A stretch of 63,992 nucleotides of DNA. It comes from Hormiphora californensis. Its lineage: Eukaryota > Animalia > Ctenophora. How positions within the stretch are numbered: position 1 is the first letter of the stretch; each line of letters begins with the position of its first letter. A program made the translations under genes and the position numbers. Under the pieces are notes generated by a model. It did no database searches, was not told the origin of the DNA, and worked only from the letters and a program-made list of their open reading frames with translations. The DNA lies in contig CM035359.1 of the NCBI GenBank assembly GCA_020137815.1, forward strand, positions 806,001-869,992, written 5' to 3'. Positions 55,305 through 63,992 of the stretch are shown here, one piece after another.

Positions 55305-56056
55305 GGCAGGTGCACAGTTGCTCGACAGTCTATTTCTGGCTGCTATTCTGCTGCTATTCTGCTGCTATTTCTGGCTCTAGCTATTTCTGCTGCTAGACCT
55401 ATTTCTTTCTGGCTGCTAGACCTATTTCTGGCTGCAAGCAGCCAGAAATAGTTTAGCAGCCAGAAATAGATTTTAGCAGCCAGAAATAGGGTCTAGCAGC
55501 CAGAAATAGGGTTTCTCTCACGTGATCTCTCTATCTCTGTATGGGATACAAGAGACGAATTGGTGAAGTGATTCGGTATATGCAACTAATTGGGTATGGG
55601 ATACGGGAGACGAATCGGTGAAGTGATTCGGTATCTGCAACTAGTTGGGTATGGGATACGAGAGGCCTGAGGCACCTCTTTTGTTTTATCGGTCCCCTAG
55701 TATAGCCCGACTGAGGACTACACCATACTCGATCTGCAACTAATTTGGTAGGTCCCGTATCCCATACCCAATTATTTCATATACTAATTACTTCACCGAT
55801 TCGTCTCTCGTATCCATACAGAGATAGAGAATCACGTGAGAGAAACCCTATTTCTGGCTGCTAAATCATTTCTGGCTGCTAGAACCCATTTCTGGCTGCT
55901 AAAATCTATTTCTGGCTGCTAGACCTATTTCTGGGTGCTTGCAGCCAGAAATAGGTCTTGCAGCCAGAAATAGGTCTAGCAGCCAGAAATAGCAGCCAGA
56001 AATAGCAGCCAGAAATAGCAGCCAGAAATAGACTGTCGAGCAACTGTGCACCTGCC
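55305..56056. mobile_element. Foldback element (Merlin-like termini)
   Basis: TIR GGCAGGTGCACAGTTGCTCGACAGTCTATTTCTGGCTGCT, 8-bp TSD GAGGGACC; AGCAGCCAGAAAT modules; palindromic almost to the centre. Confidence 0.88.
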
Positions 56057-56119
56057 GAGGGACCACCCTCCTCAAATATAGGGGAAAATAATGGCAGCTT
56101 ATGCATCCGGCCCCAAGTT

Positions 56120-56744
56120 TGCTCTGCCGGGGTGGGGGGGGGGGGGGGCAACACTCTCTCTCTCTCTCTCTCCCCGCACTCCCCTGGCTCCGCCGGGGGT
56201 GGGGGGGGGGCAACACTCTCTCTCTCTCTCGCACTCCCTGGCTCCACCGGGGGTGGGGGGGGCAACACTCTCTCTCCTCGCACTCCCCTGGCTCCACCGG
56301 GGTGGGGGGGGGGCAACACTCTCTCTCTCCTCGCACTCCCCTGGCTCCACCGGGGGGGGGGGGGGGGGGCAACACTCTCTCTCTCTCTTCGCACTCCCCT
56401 GGCTCCGCCGGGGGGGGGGGCAACACTCTCTCTCTCTCCTCGCACTCCCCTGGCTCCACCGGGGTGGGGGGGGGCAACACTCTCTCTCTCTCTTCGCACT
56501 CCCCTGGCTCCGCCGGGGTGGGGGGGCAACACTCTCTCTCTCCTCGCACTCCCTGGCTCAACCGGGGTGGGGGGGCAACACCTCTCTCTCCCACACTTAT
56601 CCCCTGGCTCCACCGTGTGGGGGGGGCAACACTCTCTCTCTCCTCGCACTCCCCTGGCTCCACCGTGGTGGGGGGGTGGGGCAACACACTCTCTCTCCTC
56701 TCTCTCTTCGCACTCCCCTGGCTCCGCCGGGGTGGGGGGGGGGC
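56120..56744. repeat. ~57-bp minisatellite running into the assembly gap
   Basis: GGGGCAACACTCTCTCTCCTCGCACTCCCCTGGCTCCACCGGGGTGG units. Confidence 0.9.
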
Positions 56745-56844
56745 NNNNNNNNNNNNNNNNNNNNNNNNNNNNNNNNNNNNNNNNNNNNNNNNNNNNNNNN
56801 NNNNNNNNNNNNNNNNNNNNNNNNNNNNNNNNNNNNNNNNNNNN
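56745..56844. other. Scaffold gap (100 N)
   Basis: Run of N. Confidence 1.
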
Positions 56845-60845
<4,001 letters not shown>

Positions 60846-63800
60846 TTAATAGGCGATCATCGCCTATATTTCTCTCAACATTCATCATTTCATCGCCGCG
60901 AATGCCGCGATGAATTTTGAGTGAAATATATCTATTGGGCATATAATTTGGCATAACATGATTCATGATTCATGTTTTAATTTGTACAACAACACACATC
61001 ATAAATCACAATAACTTTGGGATTAAAAAAGAAGGTGAACGACCATAAAAAAAAACATTGTTTGGGCACATCGTAGAAAGCATGGCGACCTGAAATGATG
61101 AATGTTGAGAGAAATATAGGCGATGATCGCCTATTAAATGCCTATTCGTTTTCCTGGCTAAACACATTTGCATTTTCATTGCTTTTTTTCCTTTTGCATT
61201 CCTCGGAATTAGTTCACAATTATACTATCCCTATGAGCTGCCTTTTTCCCTGTAAAATTACCGTGGTAAAACCGCATCAGCTGTATTCCACAGGCAAAGG
61301 CATGGTACGTGTACAATTTTATTATACTTGTCAGGCGCTCGTTGACCACTGTTGTACAGAATGAAGTTTTACATATAGTGTATGAAATATGCTGTATAAA
61401 GCCATTCTGTTTTGTTAATAACACGCGTACAATGAATTCTATTCGTTGAAACAGCATTATATGGCGGGTTTTATCACCACGCAATTCATTAGCTTCCACA
61501 TACTGTCTTTGTATAATATGCACATATGTATATACGCTGCTTTGGCGCTAGGCGATGAGTATAAACAAAAGTACGCATAATAAATTTCTTTCATTTCTCC
61601 CGCTCGATATATTTCCATGAGTATTATAATTCCAACATACTCACACGTCATCTTTTCACAATTTAGCTGATTATTAGTAAAATATACTCACTACTATACT
61701 GTGCAGCTTCACAAAAGATTAAGCAGGAGCAGCACCCTGTCATGGTAGCTGGGTTATGAACCCCCCCCCTGCTGTCGCTGATATTTCCCGCAGTCTACTG
61801 TGGTATATCAGATAATTCCCTCTATATTATCGTGGGTGGTGATTCATTACAGACACGTGTTCCTCACACAGCTTTGCGTGAACCTGGGAACCCCAGCTCT
61901 TACTTGAGAGTCGAGACTCATAGGTATATTATGTTGTTCCTCAAGGCAGCTCTTACTTGAGAAGCTCTGTGTGTTCATTGTTCCTTGCACTGCTCACAGC
62001 TTTGAACCCCGGCAGCTCTTACTAGAGACGACAGTAATGAAATTGGAGTTACTACAGCTGTGAAAACTTGGTTATTCTCATTAAAATATTCTACTTGTTC
62101 TTTTTCTTTGTAAAGTATGACCTCTGTCGCCTCTTGGTATCGAAGGCACCTTCCCGGCAAGGGAGGGGTAACTTCGTTACCAATGTCGCCTCTGTTTATA
62201 TTAGTTTGTGAAAACTGGAAATAGAATGATCTCTGAAGGCACATCAATTGTCTATCCTTTAGTTTTTTTGTGTTTGGGCATTTATGGCTCTCCATTTTTT
62301 TATTGTATTTTGAGATCTATTTTAGCTGCGATGACTCGATCTCACATGTTTCATGGGAATTCTACAGTTGACAGGATAAACGTTTTGTTTCCTGTTAGAA
62401 ATCATAACAAGATAAGAAATATTACATATTATTGCGTAATAATAAATCCCAAACAATATTAGCTGTCATTCGGCTATTTCAATACGGCTCTCCAATGCAA
62501 TGTAGAAAGAGCTGTTCTTCAAACTAGGAAACTCTAGGAATCTTTAGTTCCCTTTAAGGAAACTCTAGTTCCCTTTAACTGGTTTAAGGAAAACCTATAT
62601 CCCTCTGCATGGAAACCTATATCCCTCTGGAAACTCTAGTTCCCTTTAACCCTTTGGAGACGATTGGGTCACAGGTGACCCAATACTTTGAACCCGTTTA
62701 GCGTCTTTCTAGACCACGTTTGAAAGTTTTAAATTGTTTCCAGGGTTGAAATATACATTTTTCTACCATTTTGAGGTCGTTTTGAGCCTCTGAAGTCGTC
62801 GAATTCGGAAAACAGGGCTAAAACAGTGCATTTGGTAGGCAAAATGTGTAGTTTAATGGCCATATCTCAAAATTGGTACGAGTATGCTTAAAATGGACTT
62901 GGAAAATGCAAGAAAAGTGTATATTTTACTCCGGGGTAAAGTTTCAGGGTGATATTGCAAATTTTGTGCCTCTCAGAGGCCTTCAAAGTGCTGGGTCACC
63001 TGTGACCCAATCGTCCCCTAACGCTAAAACAGAAATTTGCATTTTACGAGCATTTCTAAAGGAATGGCCGCCGATAAAAGTCCAAAACGGCATTTTTTAA
63101 ACAGGTGCTAGCGACTAACCGACTCCATCATTGTTATCTCAACATCCAAGGGAGCCGATAAAAAATTTTTTGAGATCCGTGCTCCTTCAGAAAATTTTTC
63201 ATCTCGGCAAATTTTGAAATTCTAAAATCGGCTACAGATGAGATAGAGAGGTCCATAGGGTGTGCAAAATGTGCAGAACGGCCGGGTTTATATAAGTGTT
63301 ATGAAGAAACATAGGGCCTAAAATGAACGTTTTTCGAGTTATGGGGCAAAATAGCTGCGAAATCTCAATTCCTGTTTTAGCGTTAGAGGACGATTGGGTC
63401 ACAGGTGACCCAATAGAAATACAGGTGGTAGAACCAAAATTCCTTTTCCTACATTTAAGTAGGTTCAAAGTAAGTGTCTCCAGAAAGTTTTAGAGAATTC
63501 TGTCGACAGGGGGCTTATCGTCCCCAAAGGGTTAAAACCTATATCCCTCTGGAAACTCTAGTTCCAGCTCGGGAAAACCTATATCCCTCTGGAAACTCTA
63601 GTTCCCTTTAGTTTAAGGAAAACCTATATCCCTCTGGAAACTCTAGTTCCCTAGTGGGAAAAAGACACCATCCCTCTGGAAACTCTAGTTCCCTTTAAAA
63701 CCTATGTCCCTCTGGAAACTCTAGTTCCCTTTAAAACCTATGTCCCTCTGGAAACTCTAGTTCCCTTTAACTCTAGTTCCCTTTAAGGAAAACCTATCCC

Positions 63801-63992
63801 TCTGGAAACTCTAGTTCCCTTTAAGGAAAACCTATCCCTCTGGAAACTCTAGTTCCAGCTCGGGAAAAAGACACCATTGACGGATCACGGAGCTGTAACT
63901 TTACCCGGGTGTTACATTGACCATCATACTTCCACAAAATACTACTTTAACACATCGCCGCACTGTCGTTTTGAGCATGAGTCTTGATCTTC
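60846..63992. repeat. Copy B of the segmental repeat, with a local inversion between ~47-bp inverted repeats
   Basis: IR arms ~60846-60893 / ~61091-61137 enclose a segment inverted relative to 52061-52230; the remainder is collinear with copy A. Confidence 0.8.
62650..63531. mobile_element. piggyBac-type non-autonomous element
   Basis: TTAA|CCCTTTGGAGACGAT...ATCGTCCCCAAAGGG|TTAA; internal repeats of GACGATTGGGTCACAGGTGACCCA; absent from copy A. Confidence 0.88.

Overview
Repeat-dense eukaryotic (animal) genomic DNA with GT-AG introns, many (GA)n/(CT)n tracts, one 100-N scaffold gap and several poorly polished patches. The repeat landscape looks ctenophore-like, which is an inference only. 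I manually spliced four host genes: a class A GPCR (+, 1751-12190, first exon uncertain), a PAP2/lipid phosphate phosphatase (-, 23203-28818, complete), an SMP(+C2) lipid-transfer protein with a signal-peptide-like N-terminus (-, 32554-36513), and a PMP22/claudin-superfamily tetraspan protein (-, 40284-44652, complete). Mobile DNA dominates the rest. Retroelements: a 5'-truncated APE-RT LINE, a 10.2-kb LTR element with apparently identical 1234-bp LTRs but a decayed interior, an ORF1-only retroposon in (GA)n, and a Penelope-like hammerhead remnant. DNA elements: two GG-terminal foldback elements with 8-bp TSDs, MULE-, hAT-, Harbinger-, piggyBac- and Kolobok-type non-autonomous elements, a Helitron with its empty site in a paralogous segment, a DINE-1/HINE-like element, and 23-81 bp micro-MITEs. 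The three most notable observations are: (1) a spliced Kolobok-type transposase fused to an intact DEDDh exonuclease, with a related non-autonomous element in the same window; (2) the putatively secreted or lumenal SMP-C2 protein; (3) recurrent tandem duplications that copy splice junctions in all four host genes.
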